DNA of 64,000 nt. Origin: a virus (lineage: Duplodnaviria; Caudoviricetes). Positions 28,858 through 38,444 of this stretch are shown here, one piece after another. A program made the translations under genes and the position numbers. Within the stretch, counting starts at the first letter, position 1, and every line of letters begins with the position of its first letter. A model generated the notes under the pieces. It saw only the letters and a list, made by a program, of their open reading frames with translations, searched no databases and was not told where the DNA came from. The stretch spans positions 1,805 to 65,804 of the IMG/VR virus record IMGVR_UViG_3300044825_001064; one strand, written 5' to 3'.

Positions 28858-29478
28858 TTAGGGTTCCTGAATCGATGTGTTTCTATCAAAGCGACGCGAG
28901 TTATCCTCTTTCTTCAAAGCAGCCAATGCGTCGGTGTAATAGCTTTTCCAAACCGGCAGCTTGTCCAATGCCTTCAAATAGCCTTGAGCTTGCAACAACG
29001 TGCCAAACAACATGGCCTGCGGACATTCGCGTGTGAATAAATTCTCTTGATTAGTTGAGTCTAATGGCTGAATTAAGCTGTAATAAATCAGCTCAACCGG
29101 AGTATCTTCTGATGGGGCCGGCGCAAATGTCCAGTTATTGTAATCATAGTCAGCGTAGTACAGTGGCACGCCTGCATCGGATTCTGATTGGTACTGCGCA
29201 ATATAGTCTTGTGAACGAAGCAAAAGAGGCTTACCGTTTGTTTTTACTGATACGGTTTTTCTCCAACGTGCTGGCTTAACCATTACTGTTTGGTTTGCTA
29301 ATAACGTTGTTTCTACAACGTTTAATTGCAATAGGCTTTTTAACTCAGCGGCAATTGCAGCTTCAGCCAATCCAATTAAACTAGGAATTTGTTCAACAAA
29401 GCCTAAGTCGTTACGTTCCATATACCGCTGAACGTCCAACACTAGGTTGTCGTAAGTCATTACATATGCGCCGCTCAT
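28858..29478 (-). CDS. Head-tail adaptor protein
   Basis: MTYDNL..DVQRYMER.D..FVEQIP..I.LAE; P.AMLFGTL. Confidence 0.7.
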   Translation of the reverse strand: MSGAYVMTYDNLVLDVQRYMERNDLGFVEQIPSLIGLAEAAIAAELKSLLQLNVVETTLLANQTVMVKPARWRKTVSVKTNGKPLLLRSQDYIAQYQSESDAGVPLYYADYDYNNWTFAPAPSEDTPVELIYYSLIQPLDSTNQENLFTRECPQAMLFGTLLQAQGYLKALDKLPVWKSYYTDALAALKKEDNSRRFDRNTSIQEP

Positions 29479-30554
29479 CGTGTATAGTATGAAATATTAG
29501 GTTGGAAATAAATCGGGCTCTTATCCCGCTCTTCGTTACTTGCATCCATTTCAAGTTGAGCTGCGATTGTCTGCAAGTAGGTAATCCGGTTTGAGTCAAC
29601 TTGTGGTAGTTGCATAGCCAGTCTGTGTGACAAACTAGCCTGAATTGAACTAATCCAACGGTTCGGTAGATAAAGCTCGTTGGTCAATGATCCAACGTCT
29701 GGCATTTGGTTTTCAACAAGCAACTGAAATACTTGATAGTTGTTGTTTGGTACCGGCCACAAATACATCTTAGGTTCAATCTGACGATCGTACCAGTATT
29801 GCAGTGAGCGAACGGATGGGAACTGTTTGTTTGGTAAATTCCAATAATCGTCACGGTTCAAACGTGCCAAGGGAATTACTTGCTGGGATTGCGCAAACTG
29901 AATGGCGCGTAACGAAAATGTATTCGCGGCGTCACGGTTTTTTAAACGGAAATAATAAAATGGCTGCGTGGCGTTAATTGTGAAGTACGCCCACTCGCGG
30001 TCATTTAAAGTTGTATCGGGAAATGACTCCCAAACATCCCAAGTTGTTCCGTCGTTGCTAACCTCTAAATTAAGTTTGTAAGTTGCGGTGCCGGCGGGGG
30101 CATACGCATTAAAACCAGCATAAAAGATACGAGTTTGGTTGCTATAGCCCGCACCAAACCAATTGTTATTTAACGTGGTAGTTGCGTTGAGGTTTAAGTC
30201 AGCGTTATCGGTTTGATCAAACAGATTAGATACGTTTGGGTTGCTTGTCGGTAACGCAGACGTAATGGATGGATTAACAATGTACACCCAGTTGGCTTCA
30301 CGAATGTCAATTGTGCTAGCTGGCAGTGTCAACCACTGCTGGTTAGTTTGCGCACCAATTACTTTATTTTCCAACAACCAAAGATTAACGCCGCGATTTG
30401 ATAAGTTTTGCAGAATATAATACAACGCCTGTTTGCCAGCTTCGACATACTCGGGCGTCATCTCTTCTGCCGCTTTACCAGCATCGCGATACGCGTATGA
30501 GATCAGTTGATCTACATTGATCTTAGTTTGGTTTTCTGTACCTGAATAGGCCAA
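29475..30554 (-). CDS. Head-tail connector protein with inserted discoidin/F5-8-like domain
   Basis: NRGVNLW...YWNLPNK...YLWPVP core; insert LEVSNDGTTW...YYFRL. Confidence 0.65.
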   Translation of the reverse strand: MAYSGTENQTKINVDQLISYAYRDAGKAAEEMTPEYVEAGKQALYYILQNLSNRGVNLWLLENKVIGAQTNQQWLTLPASTIDIREANWVYIVNPSITSALPTSNPNVSNLFDQTDNADLNLNATTTLNNNWFGAGYSNQTRIFYAGFNAYAPAGTATYKLNLEVSNDGTTWDVWESFPDTTLNDREWAYFTINATQPFYYFRLKNRDAANTFSLRAIQFAQSQQVIPLARLNRDDYWNLPNKQFPSVRSLQYWYDRQIEPKMYLWPVPNNNYQVFQLLVENQMPDVGSLTNELYLPNRWISSIQASLSHRLAMQLPQVDSNRITYLQTIAAQLEMDASNEERDKSPIYFQPNISYYTR

Positions 30555-30556
30555 GA

Positions 30557-30724
30557 TTATCTCCCGCGGCCAGAAGCTCGCTTAGTTACTTTTTTAGGTA
30601 GATTGGCTTGTGCTTTACCAGCTTTTACAAACTCTTTACCAACCTTCTTGGGAATACCAAGAGTCGATTTGCCAGCAGCTGCAGCGTACATGGCTTTCAT
30701 TTGCTGCTCAGATTTCATTGGCAT
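30557..30724 (-). CDS. Small basic protein (55 aa, [33 protein letters not shown])
   Basis: Hand translation; widespread small virion-region family; TAATG coupling. Confidence 0.75.
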   Translation of the reverse strand: MPMKSEQQMKAMYAAAAGKSTLGIPKKVGKEFVKAGKAQANLPKKVTKRASGRGR

Positions 30725-31566
30725 TATTTTGCTCCAAATGCTTTACCAATTGATGCACGACGCTCTTCTGGCGTCATTTTGCCAGGGGTTGCTTGTGCTG
30801 GGCGCTTACCCTCAATGATATCTTGAGCAACTTGGGAAGTAACACCGCCCGTATTCATTTTCTTTACTTTGCCGCCTTTTTTAGCGTAGCCCATTTTGTT
30901 ACGTACGTCGGTTGGCAGTTTAGCTAAGCCGGGGTTCTTTTCAGCGTCGACTGATTTAAGAACTGAACCGCCGTCAGCATACTTTTTTACCTTGCCGCCT
31001 TTTTTCTGTCCAGTTACCGGCGTAGCCATACCACCTTGTGTAACTTCTTGCATTGCGTTTGCAAGACCTGGAGGCGTTTGACCCTGAGCTGCTGCAGCTG
31101 CGGCTGCTTTGCGACGCTCCATGGCTAGCCGTTGCTCTCTAGCAATACGGTTTTGCTCGGGCGTTCCCATGACGTTGTTTCTTAAACGTGTGGCGCCTCT
31201 TTCTAGCAATCCACCAACCACAGGCACTTTACCAATCTTACGCAGTAAGCTACCGCCAATATCATCTGGATTATCGGCTACAACTTCTTGACCGTCGGCA
31301 TACTTTTTGATTGATTTTCCGCCGCAGTATTTTTTAACAGTGCCAACTTTTTTCTTGGCGCGGCCACCTTTGTTTAATTTAGAAAGATTGGTTTTCTCAC
31401 CTTCATGGCTTTGCGTATCGTGCATCTTAAATGCTTTTTTGACGATAGCTTTATCTTGGGCGATGTCTTCACGCATTTCACTCTTTTCAGAATGACGGGA
31501 TTTATACTTTACTGCTTTGCCTTCTTTGAAGCATTGCATTTTGGTTGATTGTTTAAAGCCTTCCAT
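30724..31566 (-). CDS. Lys-rich protein with multiple xxGG motifs (putative core protein)
   Basis: [31 protein letters not shown]; SD GAGG. Confidence 0.75.
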   Translation of the reverse strand: MEGFKQSTKMQCFKEGKAVKYKSRHSEKSEMREDIAQDKAIVKKAFKMHDTQSHEGEKTNLSKLNKGGRAKKKVGTVKKYCGGKSIKKYADGQEVVADNPDDIGGSLLRKIGKVPVVGGLLERGATRLRNNVMGTPEQNRIAREQRLAMERRKAAAAAAAQGQTPPGLANAMQEVTQGGMATPVTGQKKGGKVKKYADGGSVLKSVDAEKNPGLAKLPTDVRNKMGYAKKGGKVKKMNTGGVTSQVAQDIIEGKRPAQATPGKMTPEERRASIGKAFGAK

Positions 31567-31591
31567 GTTGATTCCTCGAGGTTAAATGGTG

Positions 31592-31613
31592 AAAAAAGGG
31601 TGATCAATCCCTT
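31592..31613 (-). terminator. Short hairpin plus U6 (AAGGGATTGATCACCCTTTTTT)
   Basis: Follows the lysis genes; coincides with the predicted +1 of promoter 31620. Confidence 0.45.
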
Positions 31614-31619
31614 ATATTT

Positions 31620-31651
31620 ACTAATACGCTGAAAAGGTCAAAAACGCCCTA
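31620..31651 (-). promoter_or_regulatory. Late-class phage promoter
   Basis: ACTAATACGC 31620-31629, N16, GCCCTA 31646-31651; the TAG is also the lysozyme stop codon. Confidence 0.85.
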
Positions 31652-32167
31652 GGTGCCAGCTAAAAACAAGGCCCGCTCAATGGTCCGTCTTTTGCGCAAG
31701 ACGTCTGGATTGGACCAGTTTAAAAATGCGTCTCCTGCTTTGTCCATCTGCCCCTGTTTGAGGTACTTCACCACGTCGGAGCGCAGGAAGTTATCTGGGC
31801 CAATGTTATGGCATAGGCTGTGCAAGGCGTCAATTTGTTGCCTTTTTAAACCCATCATAAACACGCTTTCTAGGGCTTTAGAGCAGAGTTCAAGGTCCCT
31901 ATGTAGGAGACCCCTTACCTCATCTTCTGTAAGCTCTACACGCAGCAAATGATGGTCTTTGCGCTTAATTAAATGCCCTACCCCAATCGTCCAGTGTCCC
32001 TGGCTGTCACGGTAGGCTTTATGGCGCTTACCTTCAAAATACTCAATAAGCTCAATGGTTGAGCTAGTTACCCAAGGTTCTACGGGCTCTGGTTTAATGC
32101 TAGTTTTCCAAGCAGCATGTGCCAAAAACACACAGGCGCACGCGAACGCAATCCAGGTCTTCACCAT
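31649..32167 (-). CDS. GH24 phage lysozyme with N-terminal signal/SAR-like segment
   Basis: E-x8-D-x5-T triad (FEGKRHKAYRDSQGHWTIGVGH); hydrophobic N-terminus. Confidence 0.88.
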   Translation of the reverse strand: MVKTWIAFACACVFLAHAAWKTSIKPEPVEPWVTSSTIELIEYFEGKRHKAYRDSQGHWTIGVGHLIKRKDHHLLRVELTEDEVRGLLHRDLELCSKALESVFMMGLKRQQIDALHSLCHNIGPDNFLRSDVVKYLKQGQMDKAGDAFLNWSNPDVLRKRRTIERALFLAGT

Positions 32168-32187
32168 GGCTACCTCCTTAATTTGGA

Positions 32188-32622
32188 CTAATTGTACGGT
32201 CTGGTACCGTTCCTGTCAATAATTAAGGCTTGGCGCCTAGGTTGTTGTTCTTTGGTATTGGGGACGCTAATGTGCGTCCACGAACCAAACTCTTCAATAA
32301 TCTGATCAAAGGGTATTCCTCCATCAATGCACGCCCGGACCACCTCTTTGGGTGTCATGCCAGGCACGCGAATGTCCGCAGCACAGCCGATTCGATGTTG
32401 GCTGGTGTCTTTGGATCCTACCGCATCGTTAACCGATTTAGACCGGAATGCGGAGTTGACTAAAATTGGCTTACCAAGTAATGCTCTGACTTTTTCTAAA
32501 AGTTCTGCAGTACGTACTAGGTTAGCCACCTCAGTAGCGTTGGGGGTATTGTCTAACCCTTTTCGCTGGGCTACTTCGCTTGCTATTAATTCTTCTAATG
32601 TAAAATTAGGACTTAGATTCAT
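32188..32622 (-). CDS. Peptidase M15A-family endolysin
   Basis: LSPNFTLEE, SAFRS..VN..VGS..TSQH..GCAAD, WTHIS. Confidence 0.9.
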   Translation of the reverse strand: MNLSPNFTLEELIASEVAQRKGLDNTPNATEVANLVRTAELLEKVRALLGKPILVNSAFRSKSVNDAVGSKDTSQHRIGCAADIRVPGMTPKEVVRACIDGGIPFDQIIEEFGSWTHISVPNTKEQQPRRQALIIDRNGTRPYN

Positions 32623-32987
32623 CGTTTAAGATTGGCCATAATGCGGCTACCAAATAAGAAACCGAACGCAATGTTGGCGGCCTCGATACCGATGCGTTGG
32701 ATTTCCGCCGGCACATTAAAAAACAGTGTACCAATACCAACACCAATTACAAACAAGGCACCGATGTATCGTGCAGAAGCTCGCAGATCGATGACCCACT
32801 GACTGGGTGTGCCAGCTGGTGCGTCTAGCTTGGCAATCGCCTCAATCCGACTAATGTCCATTTTTTCAAGTTCAATCTGCTCGGCCACAGTGGTTGGTTT
32901 GACTCCGCCAGTAAAGCGGTTGATGAGTTGTTTGATACCCTCAACACCAACCGGCACCAATGCACCGATGATGGATTCGATAATCAT
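32619..32987 (-). CDS. Putative holin
   Basis: Hydrophobic segments, SQWV..LRAS.R, FLFGSR end; adjacent to the endolysins. Confidence 0.7.
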   Translation of the reverse strand: MIIESIIGALVPVGVEGIKQLINRFTGGVKPTTVAEQIELEKMDISRIEAIAKLDAPAGTPSQWVIDLRASARYIGALFVIGVGIGTLFFNVPAEIQRIGIEAANIAFGFLFGSRIMANLKR

Positions 32988-33217
32988 TTGTCTACCTTTT
33001 GGTCTAGTTTGTCTTCAATACGGTGCAAGGCTTTGAGGACCTCGTACCAGCGATCGTTAAAGTCGTCCTTGCTGACGTAGTGCGTGGGTAGTTCTGCTCT
33101 GAGTTTTGCTAGGTCTTCTTTGAGTTCCTGTACAGCAGTCCAGAGCTCACGGCAGAACCATCCAAGAATGCCACATACGGTGGGCAGGATGAAGTTGATA
33201 AATGTTTGTAAGTCCAT
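32984..33217 (-). CDS. Small membrane-anchored coiled-coil protein (lysis-associated)
   Basis: N-terminal TM, LP.HYVSKDDF, RIEDKLDQKVDK. Confidence 0.7.
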   Translation of the reverse strand: MDLQTFINFILPTVCGILGWFCRELWTAVQELKEDLAKLRAELPTHYVSKDDFNDRWYEVLKALHRIEDKLDQKVDK

Positions 33218-33235
33218 AAATGTTTATCTTAAAAG

Positions 33236-34213
33236 TTAACTAATTGGTCCGTAAATTTGTCCGGAAACTAAATAGGTTATAGAATTTCCGTTTACAATAA
33301 TTGCATTTCCGGCTGCACCACCTGCGCCTCCGCTAGAAGGAAACGCTGTGTATCCTGGAGGGGGAGAACTTCCTGCTGTTCCCGGTTGTCCCAAATCACC
33401 ACCTTTACCACCCGCTCCACCTATAGCAAAAAATCCACTGTAAACCCCAAATGGGCCTCCAGCTCCTCCGGTGGTGGCTGTTCCGGGGCTTCCGTTATAT
33501 CCATTTCTTACAGCAGAGCCCCCTGGCATAATAGTTATACCTCCAGCTCCGCCCGGACCAAAATCGGCTCCGCCCCCACCTCCGCTACCGCCAACACCTT
33601 GCCAAAATCCTAAACCGCCGCCGTAATCTGCTCCACCACCCCCACCGCCGCCGCCACCGCCGCCGGCAATAATGCCGTTATTAGTAAGGGTCAAAGCTAA
33701 ACCTAATGATATTGCGGGCCCTCCATTTTGTCCTGGGGTTCCGTTTCTAATTGGGTTAGCTGTATTTATCGCAACTCCGCCAGCACCAGCTAATCCTCTT
33801 AAACCTAAAACGTTTCCGTTGTTTATAAGTGCAAGCACTGAGCCCGGGGGGAAAGGTCCACTAGCATCTAATGCAGCGGTGCTTGTTGAAGAGGATCTTA
33901 ATGTGGCCCCGCCATCAATTGTTATAGTGGCATTTAAAACAGAAGATTGATCCCACCCAGCAGCAACTGCTGCATTGTACAAATTAAAATCAGTTGTGGG
34001 CACTGTCACAGTTGGCGTAAATATAAATGCTGATGGTTTACCCCAAAAATTATCGGGCATTATTATTGTGCCCGTTGGCACTTCAGCCAAAGCTCTTACC
34101 ACTGCATCATTTAAACTAATTGGGCCGGTTGGGGCCAATCCTAGTTGAAGCGCTACAGATTCACCTAATGTATTGCCGCCTAAACTAATTGGGCCTGTTG
34201 GATTTAATGGCAT
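33236..34213 (-). CDS. Glycine-rich tail-tip adhesin (gp38-like)
   Basis: GPISL N-terminus; LINNG.V.G, NNGIIAGGGGGGGGG polyglycine motifs. Confidence 0.75.
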   Translation of the reverse strand: MPLNPTGPISLGGNTLGESVALQLGLAPTGPISLNDAVVRALAEVPTGTIIMPDNFWGKPSAFIFTPTVTVPTTDFNLYNAAVAAGWDQSSVLNATITIDGGATLRSSSTSTAALDASGPFPPGSVLALINNGNVLGLRGLAGAGGVAINTANPIRNGTPGQNGGPAISLGLALTLTNNGIIAGGGGGGGGGGGADYGGGLGFWQGVGGSGGGGGADFGPGGAGGITIMPGGSAVRNGYNGSPGTATTGGAGGPFGVYSGFFAIGGAGGKGGDLGQPGTAGSSPPPGYTAFPSSGGAGGAAGNAIIVNGNSITYLVSGQIYGPIS

Positions 34214-34219
34214 ACTAAA

Positions 34220-34297
34220 TTACGAGTTTGTTGGTGCAGGCTGTGGTTGTGGTACAGGTGCCGTTGTTGCTGGTATAGTTATTGGTTGCGTTGCCAT
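34220..34297 (-). CDS. 25-aa Pro/Thr-rich micro-ORF (MATQPITIPATTAPVPQPQPAPTNS)
   Basis: SD AAGGA; fills the gap between the two adhesin genes. Confidence 0.4.
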   Translation of the reverse strand: MATQPITIPATTAPVPQPQPAPTNS

Positions 34298-34305
34298 AAT
34301 TTTCC

Positions 34306-35424
34306 TTATTTAGCTGCGATGCCGTTCCAATTACCGGCTATTGGTAAAGTTGTTGCGGACCACGTAACTCCACCGTTACTTGAGTATGCTCCCAAAGTAG
34401 TGCCTAATCCAATCGAAACTACATTACTAAATGGTTTTGCGTATGATGTTCCGACCCACTGACTAGAAGCCGGCATTGACGATGCAATCCATGTTAAGCC
34501 GCCATCATTAGAGTATGCGGCTTCGCTAGAATCTCCACCAAATGCGTTTTGTCGTAACTTAACAGATACAAATCTGGTTTGAGTGTATGCTATTGAGTAC
34601 CAGTTACCATTTGACGGATACGCACCGCCAACTGTCCAAGACGCACCATTATCGGTCGATCTTGCATTTAATGTAGTGCCGTTACCGTATTGGTCATAGA
34701 ACGAAGTAAGTACCCACACACCATTACCGTATGCTGCATTACCCCAGAACATTGGGATAGTTGATACCGTGGGTGTAGACCAAGAAATACCGCCATCAAT
34801 TGATCGCCCAACTACGTTACCTGAGTTGACCCCGGTTGATACAATGTACGCGCCATTTGCACCGGATGTTCTTGACCAATACGAGAATGGTAGTGACGTT
34901 GAGATCCAGTTAATTCCATCATCAGAATAAACCGCTTGGGTTCCACCCGTGTTGCCTACGAAAGCAACTGCAACGAATCGACCGTTTGTATATCCAACGG
35001 TAGACCAAGATGCTGAAAATGGTAACGGGGTGCTGGTCCAGTTTATTCCGTCGGCACTATACAATGCGGTGCCACCCGTGTCAGGGAAAACTACCCACTT
35101 AGTATCGCCTCTTGCTACCCACAACCATATTGTTGCGTCTGGCCAGTTACGCGCCGTCCATGTAATACCATCGGCTGAGGTAATGTACTGACCTGAAGTA
35201 TATTGTGTGGCAATATAGTTTACTGTGGTAGTAAGCCTTGATGTGCCATAAAAATCTTTTAAACTAATTGGCCCTGACGAAGGCACTGGTCCATAAGTTC
35301 CGGTAGTGCCGGCTCCTACGTACAGTCCTCCAGCGTAATAATCGCCTAGGTTAATCGGGTTTTGGCCGCCAAATTCTGTTTGAACATCTATTAGACTAAT
35401 CGGCCCAGATGCCGGTATAGTCAT
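34306..35424 (-). CDS. Tail-tip adhesin with Asp-box/BNR-like propeller
   Basis: PASGPISLIDVQTEFGG.NPI.L.DYYAGG N-terminus; repeated S.DG.TW. Confidence 0.75.
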   Translation of the reverse strand: MTIPASGPISLIDVQTEFGGQNPINLGDYYAGGLYVGAGTTGTYGPVPSSGPISLKDFYGTSRLTTTVNYIATQYTSGQYITSADGITWTARNWPDATIWLWVARGDTKWVVFPDTGGTALYSADGINWTSTPLPFSASWSTVGYTNGRFVAVAFVGNTGGTQAVYSDDGINWISTSLPFSYWSRTSGANGAYIVSTGVNSGNVVGRSIDGGISWSTPTVSTIPMFWGNAAYGNGVWVLTSFYDQYGNGTTLNARSTDNGASWTVGGAYPSNGNWYSIAYTQTRFVSVKLRQNAFGGDSSEAAYSNDGGLTWIASSMPASSQWVGTSYAKPFSNVVSIGLGTTLGAYSSNGGVTWSATTLPIAGNWNGIAAK

Positions 35425-36326
35425 TAGGTAATCGTTCCGTAAGCAGTTACGTTGCCGACAACCACAAAGTTGCCGCTAGAATCTAAGCTGGCTTTATTGA
35501 CGCCGCCGTATGCAAAATATAACTTACCGGCGGTTTCACTAACCGTCCAGTTTGTAGTGGTTAGACTTGGTGAACTAACAACACTTAATGTGCCTGCAGA
35601 GAACGATAGCGTTGCACCAACAGTAACGTTACTAAATCCGCCAGATCCGTTTCCGTACAAAATAGACGTGCCGGATGTTGAGGGAGCTCCCGTGCTGCTT
35701 AATGTGCCACCCGCAAACGACAAACCAGTTCCTACCGTAACGTTACTAATGCCACCAGAACCGTCACCGTAAAGAATGCTGGATCCGGCTGTTACCGCAC
35801 CAAGACTCAAAGTACCGGCGCTAAATATAAGCGGTGCTGATACAGTTACTGCGCTAAATCCGCCGGTGCCGTTACCGTAAAGAATATCAGAACCAGTAGT
35901 TGCCGGTGCATAGTCTGTGCCGGATATTGCGGCCGCAAAGCCGCCAGTGTTGTTACCTTTAAGAATAGAAGTGCCGGTAGTCGCTGGTGCATAGTCCACA
36001 CTAGACACGGCAGCGGACATGGCTGTTCCGTTGCCTTTAATAATGCCGGTTACTGTTGTCGACAAAGTAATACTTGGCGTAGTTGTTGCGTTAGCCACCG
36101 AACCATTAAAGCCGTTAGCTGTGGCTACTGACACACTTTGTACTGTGCCGGATGCGCCAGCGGTGCTAGCTAAAATTGAAACGACGTTACTACTGTTTTT
36201 AAAATACAGTATGCCGTCAACGATATTAAGCGCTAATTCACCGTAAGCCAGATTGGCACCGCTCGGCGTTGCAGCCGGAGTGCTACTGTGATACAGCTGA
36301 ATGGTTGTATTATTTGCCTGTGCCAT
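35424..36326 (-). CDS. Tail fibre protein
   Basis: IQLYHS...LAYGELALN..DG.LYFKN; ILYGNG repeats; ends GNVTAYG. Confidence 0.8.
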   Translation of the reverse strand: MAQANNTTIQLYHSSTPAATPSGANLAYGELALNIVDGILYFKNSSNVVSILASTAGASGTVQSVSVATANGFNGSVANATTTPSITLSTTVTGIIKGNGTAMSAAVSSVDYAPATTGTSILKGNNTGGFAAAISGTDYAPATTGSDILYGNGTGGFSAVTVSAPLIFSAGTLSLGAVTAGSSILYGDGSGGISNVTVGTGLSFAGGTLSSTGAPSTSGTSILYGNGSGGFSNVTVGATLSFSAGTLSVVSSPSLTTTNWTVSETAGKLYFAYGGVNKASLDSSGNFVVVGNVTAYGTIT

Positions 36327-36327
36327 G

Positions 36328-37371
36328 TTATCCTTTGTAATACTCCAGGTTTTTTATTAATCGTTCATTGTTAGGCTCGAATTGAACGGCAATCTCACCA
36401 TGCTTAATTGCTTCTTCTTTCATTCCTAACTTGTGTGCGGCAATTGAAAGTAAGTCATGTGGTAACGCGCCCCAAACAGTTGGGTCCATGGTATACACAG
36501 CTTCTTTGTTTGTAATCTTAAGTGCGTTACTTGCCGCAGCAAAGCACTCTTCCCACAATCCTTTACGATAGCATGCCATCGCTAAATCACACCAGGGTTC
36601 ACGTGTATTAGGTGCTTCCGCGCATGCGCGACGGTGCCATACCAATCCATCCCATCCCAACTCATCATACGACTTGCCAAGTAGACGCATTGCATAGCAA
36701 CGCTCGTTGGGCCATGTCGCTTCTGGCATGGCTAAATATTTGTTTAGCGCATCAATTGCTTCTTGCCATTTACGATAGAACGTTAGCTCTCTTGCGTAAT
36801 AAAATGCGTTACGTGGGCAACGTGGGTCTTCCGTAACTGCCAAATGCAACAAATCTAAATACTGGCCGCGTGACTTGGTTGGATCTGGTTTATGAATGAC
36901 CAACAACATATCAGTCTGCGCCCAAACTTCTTTGGTACGTACATCGGGTACTGGATATTCATGGCATGGATGATGCCAATGATACCCTTTGCGATGATGG
37001 ATCTTTTCATAATAGAAAGCAATCCCGCATCCCCAGTCAAACTTATAACGCAACCGTGTAGTGTCTTCTTTCCACACACGCTCAATTTCTTCACGCCAGC
37101 CGGGTTGCAACTCTTCATCTAAATCCAGCGAAACACAGACATCAATGTCAGAAGGAATCAAAGCAAGGGCTGTGTCTCGGGCCTTATCAAAGCGCCACGG
37201 GTTAATACAAATGTTGTATACCTGTGCGCCACATTCTTTTGCTACCTGAACGGTGTTGTCCGTAGATCCAGTGTCGGCTATCAATATAACATCGGCCTCT
37301 TTAGCTGAATTGCAAAACCGTTTTACAAACTGCTCTTCATTCTTACTAATTGCATATACCGCAATTTTCAT
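36328..37371 (-). CDS. GT2 glycosyltransferase with C-terminal TPR
   Basis: ISKNEE, ADTGSTD, FDKARD.AL, SLDLDE, CHE; FYYARE and TPR helices. Confidence 0.9.
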   Translation of the reverse strand: MKIAVYAISKNEEQFVKRFCNSAKEADVILIADTGSTDNTVQVAKECGAQVYNICINPWRFDKARDTALALIPSDIDVCVSLDLDEELQPGWREEIERVWKEDTTRLRYKFDWGCGIAFYYEKIHHRKGYHWHHPCHEYPVPDVRTKEVWAQTDMLLVIHKPDPTKSRGQYLDLLHLAVTEDPRCPRNAFYYARELTFYRKWQEAIDALNKYLAMPEATWPNERCYAMRLLGKSYDELGWDGLVWHRRACAEAPNTREPWCDLAMACYRKGLWEECFAAASNALKITNKEAVYTMDPTVWGALPHDLLSIAAHKLGMKEEAIKHGEIAVQFEPNNERLIKNLEYYKG

Positions 37372-37381
37372 GATTTACCTC

Positions 37382-37750
37382 TTAGAGTTTTGGATACTTG
37401 TCTTTCACTGATTTAACTTTAGCTTTCCAGCCATCAATGCCTTCGTGATATAACGTGTCTAACTGCTCGGCAATACCGCCGTATGCTTTGGCACGAATAT
37501 CAGCCCATACGCGTTGGATTACTTCCTCGTTGATTGTCAGACCCCAGGCTTGGCAATATGTGAAGTCAAATCCTTCCGGAATATCGGTCGTTGCTGTTAA
37601 GCCAGGATAGGCTTCAAAGCTCAAAACCAAAAACTGCGAGCAGTCTGGTCGTTGACCAATGACAAAAAGGTTAGGTCGTTCGATGGGTTCTTCCGGTGTG
37701 CCAAACGTAATTTGATAGTTTTGTGCATCAAGCACATACAATTTATTCAT
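37382..37750 (-). CDS. Tail fibre assembly-like protein
   Basis: C-terminal R..AY..I.EQLD.LYHEGIDGWKA....VKDKYPK. Confidence 0.65.
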   Translation of the reverse strand: MNKLYVLDAQNYQITFGTPEEPIERPNLFVIGQRPDCSQFLVLSFEAYPGLTATTDIPEGFDFTYCQAWGLTINEEVIQRVWADIRAKAYGGIAEQLDTLYHEGIDGWKAKVKSVKDKYPKL

Positions 37751-38396
37751 TTGTTACTGGCTCTTTCTGTTGTAATTCTAACGGTTTGGTTTGCACCAAT
37801 GTTTCGGTGCTTTCAACTGGCAACAGCTCAACCTTCAATGGGTTGTTGCTGGGACCAATTAATACGGTTTCTTGTGGAATCAAACCGATTTGTTTTAATG
37901 CGTTAAAGGTATGCGGATTGCTCATTGCGTTTCCAAGTTTTGCTGGGCTTGGACGGCCGTTTGCAATAATCTCAGCTTGGATCTCACGCGCAATCATCGC
38001 GGTAAATTCGTTTGCAGCGTTCGCTTCAAACATTTGTTCGTCGGTGTATCCAGGGATACGGGTTGGTTCTGCAATCTCATAGGCCTCTTTTAACAGGCGC
38101 TCTAACATTGCAATCTCTTCACGGTTCAATTCAAAACCATGCTTTAAAGCTGGTTGGTGGGATTCCAACTCAATCAATTCACCCTTGGCTTTGAGGTATT
38201 CGTGCTTTTTGCCGTGCTCTTTTAGATATTCCACCTCAGCGATCTTGGCTTCAAGCTGGAGGGCAGATACCTCTTCCAACGCTGCTGCACGGATACGACC
38301 TTCCAAAAAGCCTTGTAGGGTCTTGATTTTTTCCCAAATGGTGTGACCAATTACCTGGTAACGATAGTTAAATTCCGAATTAAGTTTACTTGCCAT
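37743..38396 (-). CDS. Conserved helical hypothetical protein (MASKLNSEFNYRYQVIG family)
   Basis: SD AAGGAG; coiled-coil character. Confidence 0.75.
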   Translation of the reverse strand: MASKLNSEFNYRYQVIGHTIWEKIKTLQGFLEGRIRAAALEEVSALQLEAKIAEVEYLKEHGKKHEYLKAKGELIELESHQPALKHGFELNREEIAMLERLLKEAYEIAEPTRIPGYTDEQMFEANAANEFTAMIAREIQAEIIANGRPSPAKLGNAMSNPHTFNALKQIGLIPQETVLIGPSNNPLKVELLPVESTETLVQTKPLELQQKEPVTNE

Positions 38397-38444
38397 TTTG
38401 CTTCTCCTTTAACATTCATACGAATATTATATTATACTACGTTT

